A DNA stretch of 64,000 nt from Octopus sinensis (taxonomy: Eukaryota): positions 54,312,001 to 54,376,000 of the forward strand of contig NC_043008.1 in NCBI RefSeq assembly GCF_006345805.1. The letters run 5' to 3'. The notes beneath the pieces were generated by a model. That model was not told the origin of the DNA. It saw nothing but the letters and a program-made list of their open reading frames with translations, and did no database searches. The position numbers and the translations under genes were made by a program. Below, in pieces: positions 14,291 to 27,868 of this stretch (the first letter of the stretch is position 1; every line of letters starts with the position of its first letter).

Positions 14291-14927
14291 CCGCAACAGC
14301 TGTATTATTTTTCAGCACCCACCCTCTCTCTCTCTCCTTTATCCTTTATCCGCCTATCTTGATCTTTGTCAACGCCATTGCTCATGCTGCTGCTGCTACT
14401 ATTACTACTGCTGCTGCTGCCGTTATTCTTAATATTCCAGTTATTGTTGTTGCTGTTTTTGTTGTTGTCATCGTTGTTGTTGTTGTTGTTGCTGCTGTTA
14501 ACCCTGTTTATTGACTTACTCCATTGCTATTGGTCTGTTTACAATACATGTCTACACCGTAAGAGTATTGCCTGTTGTTATCTCTTCTTCTCAATGTGAA
14601 CACACATTTCATCACTTTGCACCCGTCTACACCCTCCATCTCTCCCTCTTCCCCTCTCTTTCCTTCACTATACATGCATACATACATACGCACATACACA
14701 CATATATATATATGCACGTTATACATATATACATATATATATATATACATACATATATATATATATATATAGATATATATACACACACACACATATATGT
14801 ATATATATATACATATGCATGTATATTATATATGTATGTATATATGTATATATACATATATATATACATATATATCATATGATATATATATGAATTATAT
14901 AACATATACCACACACATATATGTTTA

Positions 14928-14969
<42 letters not shown>

Positions 14970-15082
14970 GCATGCATATATATGAATTGTGTGTGTGTGT
15001 GTGTGTTTTCTCTACTCCATTCCTCACACGCTCGTTTTCACTTTCTTTCAGTTTCTCCCTTTGTATATTTATTTTCCTATCA

Positions 15083-15113
<31 letters not shown>

Positions 15114-16732
15114 ATTCTTCATCTTCATCTTTCTCTCTTTCTTTTTCAGTATATTTCGATTGTCTTGAGATTTTCTCCTGTTGTTTTTGCTTTTGATTTT
15201 GTTTTGTATTTTGTTTTTTGTTTTTTTGTTGTTGTTTTTCTCTCGACAATATCAGGTTTTGAATGGGCGGATCATTTGCTTAATTTCTCTAACAGCCGGG
15301 AGATTCATTCTTAACATTTCCACACCGTTGCCAGCAGCAAAATTTGGCTGGCAACGAGGAAACGGTAACAACAATAAAATCATCTTTTTTTTTTCTTCTT
15401 TTAACAGCGACAACGACAGCAACGCCACCAACAACAACAACATCAACAATTACATAAAGTGTTGTAACTGCAGCGACGACGAGGAAAAATGGCGGATAGT
15501 GAAGTTGGTGTTAAGGAACAAATAAATAAATTAATGAATAAGTAAATAAATAAGGAGATAAATAGGTAGATAAACACAGATAAGTGACAATAACATGCCG
15601 AAGATGTAACCAAAAGAATAAGCTAAGAGTCAGAGAGGCTGAAGAAATGCTAAACACTAAAACCACCCACGCAGAAGATTGTGAGAGAAAAATGTCATGA
15701 ATGAACGCTTTTGCAGTAAATGTCGTTGTTTAAAAATATGGCGTTGGTAAAAAAAAAAAAAGTGGGGGAATATGGTGGCAATATGATGATTCTAGGGCTG
15801 TACCAATTTGGCAAATGACTTGAGCTAAGATCTAAGATTGTGTCTTCTTTGATCTTCTACTTGTTTTAGTTTGTCAATTGCGGCCCTGCTGGGGCACCTC
15901 TTTGAAGGGTTTTAGTCGAACAAATTGATCCCAGTATTTATTTTAAAATATCTGATATTTATTCTAATGCTATTGGTTTCTTTTATACGAGGAAGAAAAC
16001 AAACCAACAGCGGTTGCCAGGCGAATGTTAGGGACAAGCAAACACAGACATACGCACGCACTCACGCGTGCACACACACACACACACACATTCTAGAATA
16101 TCAATTTGCTATAATATTCCGTAGGTACATTTTCGAGGGTGTAGATTATGATTTAAACCATTTAAATTCTTTTTTTTTTATTAAGATAATCTTACCCCAT
16201 TGAAAAAGCATCTTTGACAATTTTTTTAAAATCATATGCCTTTTTAAGAAAGTTATGAGAAAGCAAAGTCAATAAAACACACTTCTGTACAGAAATGTGT
16301 CCAACTCTTCCGATAATATTTCCCAAGAATTTTTTCTTCTCGCATTTTACCAAGACAGTCATATTCTACATCATTGAAAACATATTTCAGTAAAATTTCA
16401 TTGAAAGATTTAGTAGAGCGGAGATGGAATTATTCTAAACAAAAAATTTGTTTCATTTGCATTGCTTTATATATATGATTCACTTCTTTAAAAATGTTTC
16501 TCAATGTCAGCAACGGCGAAATTTTCCGTTTTCATTTGCGAACTTTTCACTTTCTATTTTAATGTTTTCATTTCAAGTTTTAATTTGCTATTTGCAAACA
16601 ACTACGATAAATTACTGAAAACATATTTACCAAGTTCACAAATTTAAATATTTGGTACAAGATAATTTTTAACGAGCTTTTATTTATACGATTTTTTCAT
16701 TTCATGTTTATTTCATTCATTGTTTGCAATGT

Positions 16733-16790
<58 letters not shown>

Positions 16791-17913
16791 ACACACACAC
16801 ACACTCCAGGTTTGATTTTGTTATTACACAAATATCGCATTAGAATTTTGAAATTCAACATGTGGCGTCCCCAAAAATATGGGCATTCTTTCGCTTGAAC
16901 CGCCACATTTAGTTAATTTCCGAAAACATTTTTCATTTGTTTACCTTTTGCGCACTGTGTTCAGCTCTATGTATTTGTAGTGAGTCACACACGCACGCGT
17001 GTGTTTTTGTATGTACGTTTGTATACATTTATGTATGTATGTGATAGAGTGAGTGTGAGTGATCGGGTATGTGAGTGAGACAGAGAGAGAGAGAGAAGGA
17101 GAGAGAATGATGTCTAAGTGGCACTCACTCTCTCTCGCACACACATGTCCATTTCATCTGATGTTTTATACTGTATGGATGTGTATGTGTGCATGCTTAT
17201 GTGAGTGACTAGCCCCACCCTCCGCCTTCCCACAAACATTTCAGGCCTTGTGCCTAAAATAGAAATTATTTATATGCGACGCTGAAAGGTTTGGATTGGC
17301 AGTATCCTTACAACATAGGGAAAATACTTGGGTATCTCTTACGGTTGCTCGCTACGTTCTGATTTCAAATCCTGCTAAGATCAAAGTTGTCTTATATCCT
17401 TCCAGGATTGATAAATTATCAGTTAGATTCTGGAGATGTACTTGCATAGCAAGTGACCTGATCCGAGATCGTGTGCTCGAACGAAGACAATTGCAGCGTG
17501 GAAGGTGTTTATAAGCCATTTAAGAAACACATAAAAACCGTTAGATTCACTTCAACATTTAAATTTAATTTGTCAAAATATTTTCGTCGCTTTGAGACCG
17601 CGACCCGTTCACTGTGTTTTCGATTAAATCCTTCCTCAAATTTCCTTGCCTTGCGACTAGATTTGAAATAATTATTCATATACAGAGATTTCTCTGTTTC
17701 TGGTTAACATCAACATAACTATAATGCTATAGTGGACAAAATGAAGTAAATTAAATTGCCTCCACTATTTGACTTTAATACTTATTTTATCGAATATTAA
17801 AGATAAAAGGGATTTAAACTATGAAATTAAAGCTATATGAGTAAATATTGAAAGGTAGCTCCACTGAAAACCTTTATCAAATCTGCCGAAAGGAAAACAT
17901 CGAATTTCTAGAT

Positions 17914-18042
<129 letters not shown>

Positions 18043-18092
18043 CTCTATCTATCTATCTATATATATATATATATCTTTCTCTCTCTCTCTCT

Positions 18093-18123
<31 letters not shown>

Positions 18124-18352
18124 CTCTCCCCATACACACTTATACATGCACACACACGCATACACACACACATATACACACACGTATACGCAGTCATCAA
18201 CGTCAGTGATGTCATAATGGGGTGAAAAATATGAATAATTCAATAAGAAGAAGCATATATGTATGTAGTATGTGTGTCTGTGTGTGTATGCATATATACA
18301 TACTCTACCTATAAACATACGTACATAGATACATACATACATGTGAGAGTGT

Positions 18353-18396
<44 letters not shown>

Positions 18397-18937
18397 TGTG
18401 TGTCTGTCTGTGTGTGTGTGTGTGTGTGCGCGCGCGCGTGTATGTGTGTGTGTAGCCGAGATGCATACAATTTATTCCAGTGTTTGAATTACTCATATTA
18501 CAATTTGCTGAGACCAAACATTGCAAGTTAGTTACGTAGGATTCTATAATTTGGCTATATAGTTTAGTTTACAGGCCAGAGTTAGTTCAAATCCCATCGC
18601 AGTTGGCCTCGCATTTCATCCCTCCGGGGATCGGTAAGATAAACCATCAACCACACAAATACTGCTGTCGATATAATCCACAATTTATTTCTCTCCAAAT
18701 TTCTTGCCTTGCGTCAATGTTTGAAACGATAATTAACGGTCTAGATTCAATTCTATCTACGCTGTTATATTGAGGTAAATAATCCTTAGATTTCGAATTC
18801 ACTTTGTAGGGTGCGTGGCTCAGAGATCAGTCAGTTTCTCTGCATTGGGGATCCACAGCTCCGTATAAGGCATAAAGCCCTTAGCGCAACATTTACTACT
18901 AAAAAAACAATAAAAAAACACTTCTACAAGAATATTA

Positions 18938-19381
18938 TCTATACATATAAAGCTGAAGTTGTCTCTGTGTGTGTGTGGCAGGTTTGGTAGCCTTCAACTA
19001 ACACTATCTCCTCCGAGACCCTGCGGCGCAAGTTGACCAAAATTGAGAGCATGATAGAAGAAGGGTTGCTCTTCATTCAGTAGTAGAAAAAATTCAAATC
19101 GGACCATGTTAAGACCAAAAATTATTTACATCAAAAAGGTGATTTTTTTTCTAGGAAAATCCCTATTTTTTACGATTTTTTTACTGCTGTGTCGCCATTT
19201 TTCAGTGTATTTCAACCAGAAAAATGTTCACTTAAAGAGAATAACAAGCTACATAATGCAACATTTTTACTTTTCAAAAAAGATTGAAACTATGTCAAAA
19301 CTTTGTTAACGCGACATCAAAGTCTGCCGTTTTAAGCGCAACTAAAAAACAAAGCCGAGCAACGCCGGGCTATAATGCTAG
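18938..19381 (+). mobile_element. Non-autonomous Helitron (444 bp)
   Basis: A|TCTATACATATAA at the 5' end; GC-rich imperfect hairpin GCCGAGCAACGCCGGGC followed by CTAG|T at the 3' end; inserted between A and T with no TSD. Confidence 0.7.
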
Positions 19382-19865
19382 TGAAATGATAATCATAAAA
19401 TTCTAGAAAAACTGGGTCTTTTATATTTAAGTAGCCAACTCGTTAGGGTGTTGACCTCATGATCGTAAGGTCATGGGTTCCATTCGTGAACGAGCAGGGT
19501 GTTGTGTTCTTGAGCAAGGTACTTTGTTTCACATTACTCAAGATTATTCAGCTAAAATTGATACCAGCCAGGTACTGGTGTATCCTTCTCTCTCCCTCCC
19601 TCCCTCCCCCCTCTCTCTCTCTCTTTCACTTTCACATCCTTGATATTTTGCTGTTTCAAAGGTGAGAGAATTGGGGTGTCTACTGTGTCTTCTCATGACC
19701 CAAAACATGTTCAAATCACTCTCGCTTGCTAGTGACGGTTCTGATATCTTACATTTATATTACAAAAAGAGACCACGGAGGATTATTGATTTACCAAAAT
19801 ATTTCAGAGTGCTAAAAGACTACGAACCGCCCTTATATAAAACTGTCATATCTTATAATAATCTT

Positions 19866-20296
19866 ATAATATACTCTTTTTTACTCTTTTTACTCTTTTT
19901 ACTCTTTTTACTTGTTTCAGTCATTTGACTGCGGCCATGCTGGAGCACCGCCTTTAATCGAGCAACTCGACCCCGGAACTTATTCTTTTGTAAACCCAGT
20001 ACTTATTCTATCGGTCACTTTTGTCGAACCGCTAAGTAACGGGGACATAAACACACTAGCATCGGTTGTCAAGCAATGCTAGGGGACAAACACAGACACA
20101 CAAACACGCATATATATATATATACATATATATGACAGGCTTCTTTCAGTTTCCGTCTACCAAATCCATTCACAAGGCTTTGGTCGGTCCGAGGCTATAG
20201 TAGATGACACTTGCCCAAGGTGCCACGCAGTGGGACTGAACCCGGACCCATGTGGTTGGTAGACAAGCTACTTACCACACAGCCACTCCTGCGCCT
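19866..20296 (-). mobile_element. SINE family C, full length
   Basis: High similarity to 5312-5800. Confidence 0.85.
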
Positions 20297-20882
20297 ATAT
20301 AGTCTATATATATGATATATAGACTATATTAAGGACCGTCAATAAATTTTCAGAAATCGTAGAAGAGGATACAGAAGGCTTTAAAGTTAGGTGATTCGTA
20401 AAATTGGTAGAACGACGACAAAACATCTTGAAGACAGCACTTTGTAGATCATTGGGCAAACGGTCAAGATTCAGTGGTTCCCAACCAGTTTTTTCCAATG
20501 GAGCCATTTGATTTCTGTTTCACTCATGTGGGCCCTCAAAACCATTTCGCATTTTTAAAAATCCTATTATATTTTATAATTAAATATTATTCGGAATCGT
20601 ATTAAAAATTGTTAAAGCATTTTGTGTAAAGTAGAAGTATAAGCGATTTACTGCACACAAATTTTAACAGCAAAATCTGATGTGGAACATCAAGGGTCAT
20701 GTGGTCCCCGTTTAAGAACCATTGGTCTAGAACAGTGGTCCACTTGGCCCCTGAGGGTCCATATAAGATTTTGGGGGATCCTCGCAACAAAATAATAAAT
20801 TGGGGATGCACGACTATATTTTAACACCACCACCACTAACAACAGTGACGGTAATAATAATAACAATCGTAATAATAACAAC

Positions 20883-21188
20883 GTGGAGGCGCAATGGCCC
20901 AGTGGTTAGGGCAGCAGACTCTCGGTCGAAGGACCGCGGTTTCGATTCCCAAACCGGGCGTTGTGTGTGTTTATTGCGTGAAAACACCTAAAGCTCCACG
21001 AGGCTCCGGCAGGGGGTGGTGGTGACCCCTGTTGTACTCTTTCGCCCCAACTTTCTCTCACTCTCTCTTCCTGTTTCTTGAGTAATGCTGCAATGGACTG
21101 GCGTCCCGTCCAGCTGAGGGGGAACACATACGCCACAGAAACCGGGAAACCAGACCCATGAGCCTGGCTAGGCTTGAAAAGGGCGGAT
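20883..21188 (+). mobile_element. SINE family A head/body carrying tail type 2
   Basis: Family A to ...CTCTCTTCCTGTTTC, then ATGGACTGGCGTCCCGTCCAGCTG...GAAACCGGGAAACC...GGCTAGGCTTG. Confidence 0.85.
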
Positions 21189-22291
21189 AAATAATTTAAA
21201 AAATAATAATAACCACAGCGACAACAATAATTTGTTGAAATGATTAAATGGCATGGGTTGTTTCACAATTTCAGTCACCATACTGTAAATACAGCCTCAG
21301 TCCCTCAGCCTACAATAAATACACGCAGCACTATTTAAAAATAGGGAGAACATGTCGGACAAGGAAGTTTAGATCATAATACAAATAGCATGGATGATCA
21401 GATCTGAAACGTCTTTCATTGTAGGTTTGCTTGGTCATGTATGACTTGAAGCTAAACAATATATCAGTAATGACCAAACTACTTTTCTTGAATATGCATC
21501 TGCGCCGTTCATATTTTCAACCGCCATTTTGTATAAAAACGACAAACAACAGATAGATGATATACGAAAACAAGCGGGAAGATAGAAATTCTAAAGAAAA
21601 TAATGACAAACAAATAAAAAAAATTATAAACAGAAAATATATAGAGTTTAGATAATCTTTTCAAAGAAAAAAATATATAATAAATCAAACGCTACTTTTC
21701 ATACATTCATAAGTCTAAAGGAGGAATGTCGCTATGGTTTGGTGTGTCTACAAATCCTGTTTGTCTTTCCGATGTATGAAATCTAAAGTTACCGCATCTT
21801 CTCTTGTAGCAATCTCTCATCAGAATGTTATGCACTTGTGTAAACACTGAACTGAATGTCAACTGCTTTTGGCTAGAGTTTTTAGCAAGCTTTTGAATAA
21901 CTGTGTGATTTGTGAAACGAAAAAAAAGAGGAAAGAAAAGAAAAGAAAAGATTGTGTATTTATAATTGAAAGACAAATACATACAAAATAGAGAGAGGGG
22001 TAAGTGTATGAGTAGGAGTAGGAGTAGGAGTCGGGGTAGTAGGAAGGGGATGACGTATCTATGTATACCCGTTGCAGAAATATTAAAAGTAAGTCTTATA
22101 CATGCCTAGCGCGCGCATAAATGCACACAAAAACACACATTTAGGTATACTAGAACATGTATATACATATATATATTATATACATGTATATATACATATA
22201 TATACAGTATATATACATATATATATATATATATAATATATATATATATATATAATAATATATATCATATAAATATATATACATATACATA

Positions 22292-22323
<32 letters not shown>

Positions 22324-22588
22324 CTATAATATATATATATATACACATACATATACATGTTTATGTATGTAATATATATATTCATGTGTGGTATATATAT
22401 AATATATACATACGCACATGTATTTGTACGGTACATACATTGTTTGCTTGCTGTAGTTATATGAATACCTATGTATGCATTTGTATGTCTGTAGCGATGT
22501 AAGTATATATGTATATATTATTTACATATGCGTATATATATACATACATACATATGTATGTATAAATATATATACATATTATATACGT

Positions 22589-22621
<33 letters not shown>

Positions 22622-22654
22622 TATATATAAATATATATATTATATATATATATA

Positions 22655-22740
<86 letters not shown>

Positions 22741-22745
22741 TATAT

Positions 22746-22779
<34 letters not shown>

Positions 22780-22823
22780 GCACACACACATGTATATATA
22801 AATATATATATATATATATATTA

Positions 22824-22866
<43 letters not shown>

Positions 22867-22970
22867 TATTATATATATATATATATACACGCACACACAC
22901 ATGTATAGGTATGTGTGTACAGAAACGTATTGTCAAAATAAAAGGATAGAAGGATGAGGGATGCCTCTGT

Positions 22971-23042
<72 letters not shown>

Positions 23043-23221
23043 TAGTAAACAAACATCTGACGATGTGGGCGTAGGTGTTGGTTATTGGTTGGAACGTCAC
23101 ATCGTAGTTTGCTCACCTGATCAACAGATCAGGGCTAACATACACATACATGCTTATATGTACGTATATATAAGTATGTGTGTGTATGTATATATGTACA
23201 TATATATATGTATAGATTTAC

Positions 23222-23252
<31 letters not shown>

Positions 23253-23321
23253 TATAATATATATATATATAATATATATATATATATTATATATATATAT
23301 ATATATAGATATATTATAATG

Positions 23322-23354
<33 letters not shown>

Positions 23355-24006
23355 GAATACACCTTATATATGTATCTATATATGTGTGTATAAATGTATA
23401 TATACATTACACACACACACATATATATAGTATGGAAAAGAGAGGGGATAGAGAGAGAGGTGGGCCAGGAAGAGGGAAGGAGTAGGTGGGTCGACAAGAA
23501 TGAAGGAACCGACGGCAAAAACACACGGTGTACATTCATAGGCAGAACTGTGTTAATGTATGAGAAAAGTTTTCTGAGTTTCATGTTTAACACTATAAGT
23601 ACACATTTCAACAATTCACAGCCGCATGCACAATACACACACACACATGCACAAATATACACACACACACACACATACACACACGCATATACTATCTCAT
23701 ACTCTAACGCTAAGGTATACGCATACGAGCATACAAAGAGATGTTTATCTCTTCTCTATCAATTCGTATTATTTATCTCGACAGTTGTTCATTTTACAAG
23801 GACGAGAATATTTATCGAGATTTACAAACGCAAACAGTCATGTATTCACGCATATATATATGTGTATGTACATAAATGTGTGAGTATGTGTGCGAGTGTG
23901 TGTTTGCCTGCTGTAGGTGTATGAATACCAGTGTATGCATTTGTATGTCTACTGTGATGTAAGTATATGCATACATATGTATAGTATGTATGTGTGTATA
24001 TGCATA

Positions 24007-24050
<44 letters not shown>

Positions 24051-24339
24051 CATATACTTTGCGGTAATGCATTCTATCAGTGGTAACACAGTCACGCTTT
24101 GTGATTTTATTTTCAAGATGGTGGCCCACAATGAAGTCAGGTCAGCTATGGCTTTGACTGTTCTCACTGGAACTTAGCAAGTTGAAGGACTTCTAGTATC
24201 CATAAGTGGGGAACAGAGTCAATGTCTGTATGTACGTATGAACTCATACAACAACGTAGTCAACCATTTTGATTTTAAGGAAAAATCTCGCCGTCAAAAT
24301 TCTCAGCCGAATTCTCAGCCCCAGGCAAACTCTGTCTTC

Positions 24340-25640
24340 AGGACGACATCGTCATTAAACAAATTGACCAGGGTGGAGCTGATCTTCAGATGCTGACCTT
24401 TCCACGGAGGAAGCGTTCCGACAGCTTCGTAAACCCGCGTTCTATCGCCTCCTTCCCTCTGATCTAACCCCTTCCTACAGCTGCGTGTGTCCTCCACCAT
24501 CCAGGACCACGGCTAATCTTCTTCCCTCCCTCCTAATGCCACCTGTCTAATTGTCCAAACTCCTCGCACCTCCTCCAGAAACCCAACACCCCTGGACGCT
24601 TCATCGTTCTGTTTGAACTTATTCCCAAATATCTGGACCTCATCCTTTTTCCTATACTCGTTTCCCTTTCGTTCTACATCCACGGTATCAATCATGCCCT
24701 TTGCTTTTTCAATTCCCTTTCCTTCCCTCCTTCCCTCCTTCCTCCTTTTAACCATGAACATCAAATCCCTATACAGCATCATCCCCCCACAATGACTGCA
24801 TCCACCCCAACCCAGTACTTCCTCAACTGTCGCACCGTCCTCAAACCCAGCACATCTCCGATTCACTGAAATCATTCTCTATCTCATCTGCTTCACGTTT
24901 GCGAGCGATGTCTACCAGAAAGTGGAGTGGAAGCACTCCGTCGGTTACGACGATGAGGGTTCCGGTTGATCTGAATCAACGGAACAGCCTGCTCGTGAAA
25001 TTAACGTGTAAGTGGCTGAGCACTCCACAGACACGTGTACCCTTAACGTAGTTCTCGGGGATATTCAGCGTGACACAGAGAGTGACAAGGCCGGTCCCTT
25101 GAAATACAGGTACAACGGAAACAGGAAGTAAGAGTGAGAGAAAGTTGTGGTGAAAGAGTACAGCAGGGATCACCACCATCCCCTGCCGGAGCCTCGTGGA
25201 GCTTTTAGGTGTTTTCGCTCAATAAACACTCACAACGCCCGGTCTGGGAATCGAAACCGCGATCCTATGACCGCGAGTCCGCTGCCCTAACCACTGGGCC
25301 ATTGCGCCTCCACCTACCAGAAAGTATCTGGAGTCGCTATGGGAACAAGAATGGGCCCCAACTTCATCGACTTATTTGTCGGGTACGTCAAGGCCCAAAC
25401 CTTTTCTCCGTTCACCAGATCGGCTCCAGAGCTCTGCGGTCGGTTTTCCCTGCCATCCCTCTCTTCAGTTTACTTCTGTCATCTCCGACACCTCCTTCAA
25501 CTCTCTCTCTCTCTCTCTGATCCCCCTCATCACTCACCGCTTCTACTTCCTGAAACCTACTCACTCCCTCCCCTACCTTGATTTCTTTTCTCTTCCTTCC
25601 ACCTCTCCCACGGCAAAGAGGCCATCTACTTCGCCCAATT
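24340..25640 (+). mobile_element. Penelope-like element RT pseudogene (GxAMGT type), interrupted by a SINE
   Basis: Ordered motifs DDIVIKQIDQGGA, KPNTPGRFIV, TMNIKSLYSIIP, CFTF..DVYQKV|SGVAMGTRMGPNFIDLFVGYV, FLKPTHSLPYLDF. These match PLE RT motifs ADKG, PGRPIVS, D.KSLYT.IP, G.AMG, KPT..YL. Confidence 0.8.
24924..25313 (-). mobile_element. tRNA-derived SINE, family A (tail type 1), full length
   Basis: Head GGAGGCGCAATGGCCCAGTGG (A box) ... GGTTTCGATTCC (B box); 12-bp TSD CTACCAGAAAGT at 24912-24923 and 25314-25325. Confidence 0.9.
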
Positions 25641-25699
25641 TCAATTTTTCCATCTAAGACTTTCAATGAGCATTGATCTAATATATTTACTGTATACCT

Positions 25700-26486
25700 A
25701 TTTCTTTACTACCCACAAGGGGCTAAACACAGAGAGAGGACAAACAAGGACAGACAAACGGATTAAGCCGATTATATCGACCCCAGTGCGCAACTGGTAC
25801 TTATTTAATCGACCCCGAAAGGATGAAAGGCAAAGTCGACCTCGGCGGAATTTGAACTCAGAACGTAACGGCAGACGAAATACCTATTTCTTTACTACCC
25901 ACAAGGGGCTAAACACAGAGAGGGGACAAACAAGGACAGACAAACGGATTAAGCCGATTATATCGACCCCAGTGCGCAACTGGTACTTATTTAATCGACC
26001 CCGAAAGGATGAAAGGCAAAGTCGACCTCGGCGGAATTTGAACTCAGAACGTAGCGGCAGACGAAATATATATTTCTTTACTACCCACAAGGGGCTAAAC
26101 ACAGAGGGACAAACAAGGACAAACAAACGGATTAAGCCGATTATATCGACCCCAGTGCGCAACTGGTACTTATTTAATCGACCCCGAAAGGATGAAAGGC
26201 AAAGTCGACCTCGGCGGAATTTGAACTCAGAACGTAACGGCAGACGAAATACCTATTTCTTTACTACCCACAAGGGGCTAAACACAGAGAGGGGACAAAC
26301 AAGGACAGACAAACGGATTAAGCTGATTATATCGACCCCAGTGCGCAACTGGTACTTATTTAATCGACCCCGAGAGGATGAAAGGCAAAGTCGACCTCGG
26401 CGGAATTTGAACTCAGAACGTAACAGCAGACGAAATAACGCTATGCATTTTGCCCGGCGTGCTAACGTTTCTGCCAGCTCGCCGCC
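25700..26486 (-). mobile_element. CORE-type SINE (family B) multimer: one head plus four 186/183-bp units
   Basis: Unit starts at 25694, 25880, 26066, 26249; head at 26435-26486; 14-bp direct repeat TTTACTGTATACCT at 25686-25699 and 26487-26500. Confidence 0.88.
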
Positions 26487-26629
26487 TTTACTGTATACCT
26501 CCAATCGGTTTTTGATGTTTTTCTCCTATTTTTATTCTTGATTTTGCCAATCCATAATGAAAAAAAAATCTGTCATAATAAAGTTAAAGGAAGAACATAG
26601 AAGTACGAAAATGTACGACATAAGCTCAG

Positions 26630-27185
26630 AGGTAGCTGTGTGCTAAGAAGCTTGCTTCCCAACCACATGATTCCAGGTTCGATCCCAATGCATGGCACCT
26701 TAGGTATGTGTCTTCAAAAATACCCACGGGCCGACCAAAGCCTTGTGAGTGGGTTTGGTTCCTTAGGTATGTGTCTTGTGAGTGGGTTTGGTAGACGGAA
26801 ACTGAAAGAAGCCCATTGTGTGCATGTATATATGTCTGTGTGTGTATGTATGTGTGTGTCCCTCACCACCGTTTGACAGCCGGTGTTCGTTTGTTTACAT
26901 CCCCGTAACTTCGCAGTTCGACATACTGTAAATACAGCCTCAGTCCCTCAGCCTACAATAAATACACGCAGCACTGTTTAAAAATAGGGAGAACATGTCG
27001 GACAAGGAAGTTTAGATCATAATGCAAATAGCATGGATGATCAGATCATCCTGATCAGACTGATGGAATAAGTACCAGATTTTTTTTTTATAAAAAAAAA
27101 GGACTAAAGTCGATTCGTTCGACTAAAAACTCTTCAAGGCGCTGGTTGAGCATCGCTGCAGTCTAATAACTGGAAAGAAAATCAA
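26630..27185 (+). mobile_element. SINE family C with a 126-bp foreign insert
   Basis: Family C sequence is broken at 26922-27047 by a copy of 21279-21404. Confidence 0.75.
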
Positions 27186-27399
27186 AAGAAAAAAAATGAT
27201 AATATTGAAACAGTTTTCCATAAAATTCAGATTGTTCTCTCTATGTCTGAAGAATGTTATAAATTTTTTTCATACAATGACATAGTTTTTGAAGAAGTGA
27301 CCGGTTTCGCGTTCAGCTTTTCAAATTTCTTACATAATGACTCAAATATATATTTTTTAACCTTTTAAAACAGCCTTCTGTAGTTTTTTTACTTTTTAC

Positions 27400-27468
<69 letters not shown>

Positions 27469-27835
27469 AGTGAAATGAGGATTCAGACAGAATCAGGTAC
27501 TTGAAAAGATATACACCAGGTAGGGTTCGATAAACATGTGGTTTCGGGCTATGGTTGGTAAGTATCAAATAGGATATTCTGGATGTGTACACAGAGAAAA
27601 TCAACCCTCTGAGTACTTAGCGCTTAGGGGCTGGTCCAAAGCACGCGTTACATTGAATTGTACGTTGTTGGTATACTCTAGGGTGTCTGACAAGTCCACA
27701 TCATTTTTATTAGGCGAATGAGAACTTTACTCCATTATGTATGTATGTATGTATGTATGTATGTATGTATGTATGTATGTACGTACATACATACATACAT
27801 ACATACATACATACATACATACATACATACATACA

Positions 27836-27868
<33 letters not shown>

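Noticed and set aside
23045-23135. Two adjacent hairpins in a unique island, possibly a pre-miRNA
   Set aside because: The stem is bulged with a ~20-nt loop and I recognise no mature sequence; small-RNA data would be needed.
25694-26434. Regular array that might suggest CRISPR
   Set aside because: The units are 186 bp, near-identical along their whole length, with no unique spacers; they are SINE-derived and the context is eukaryotic.
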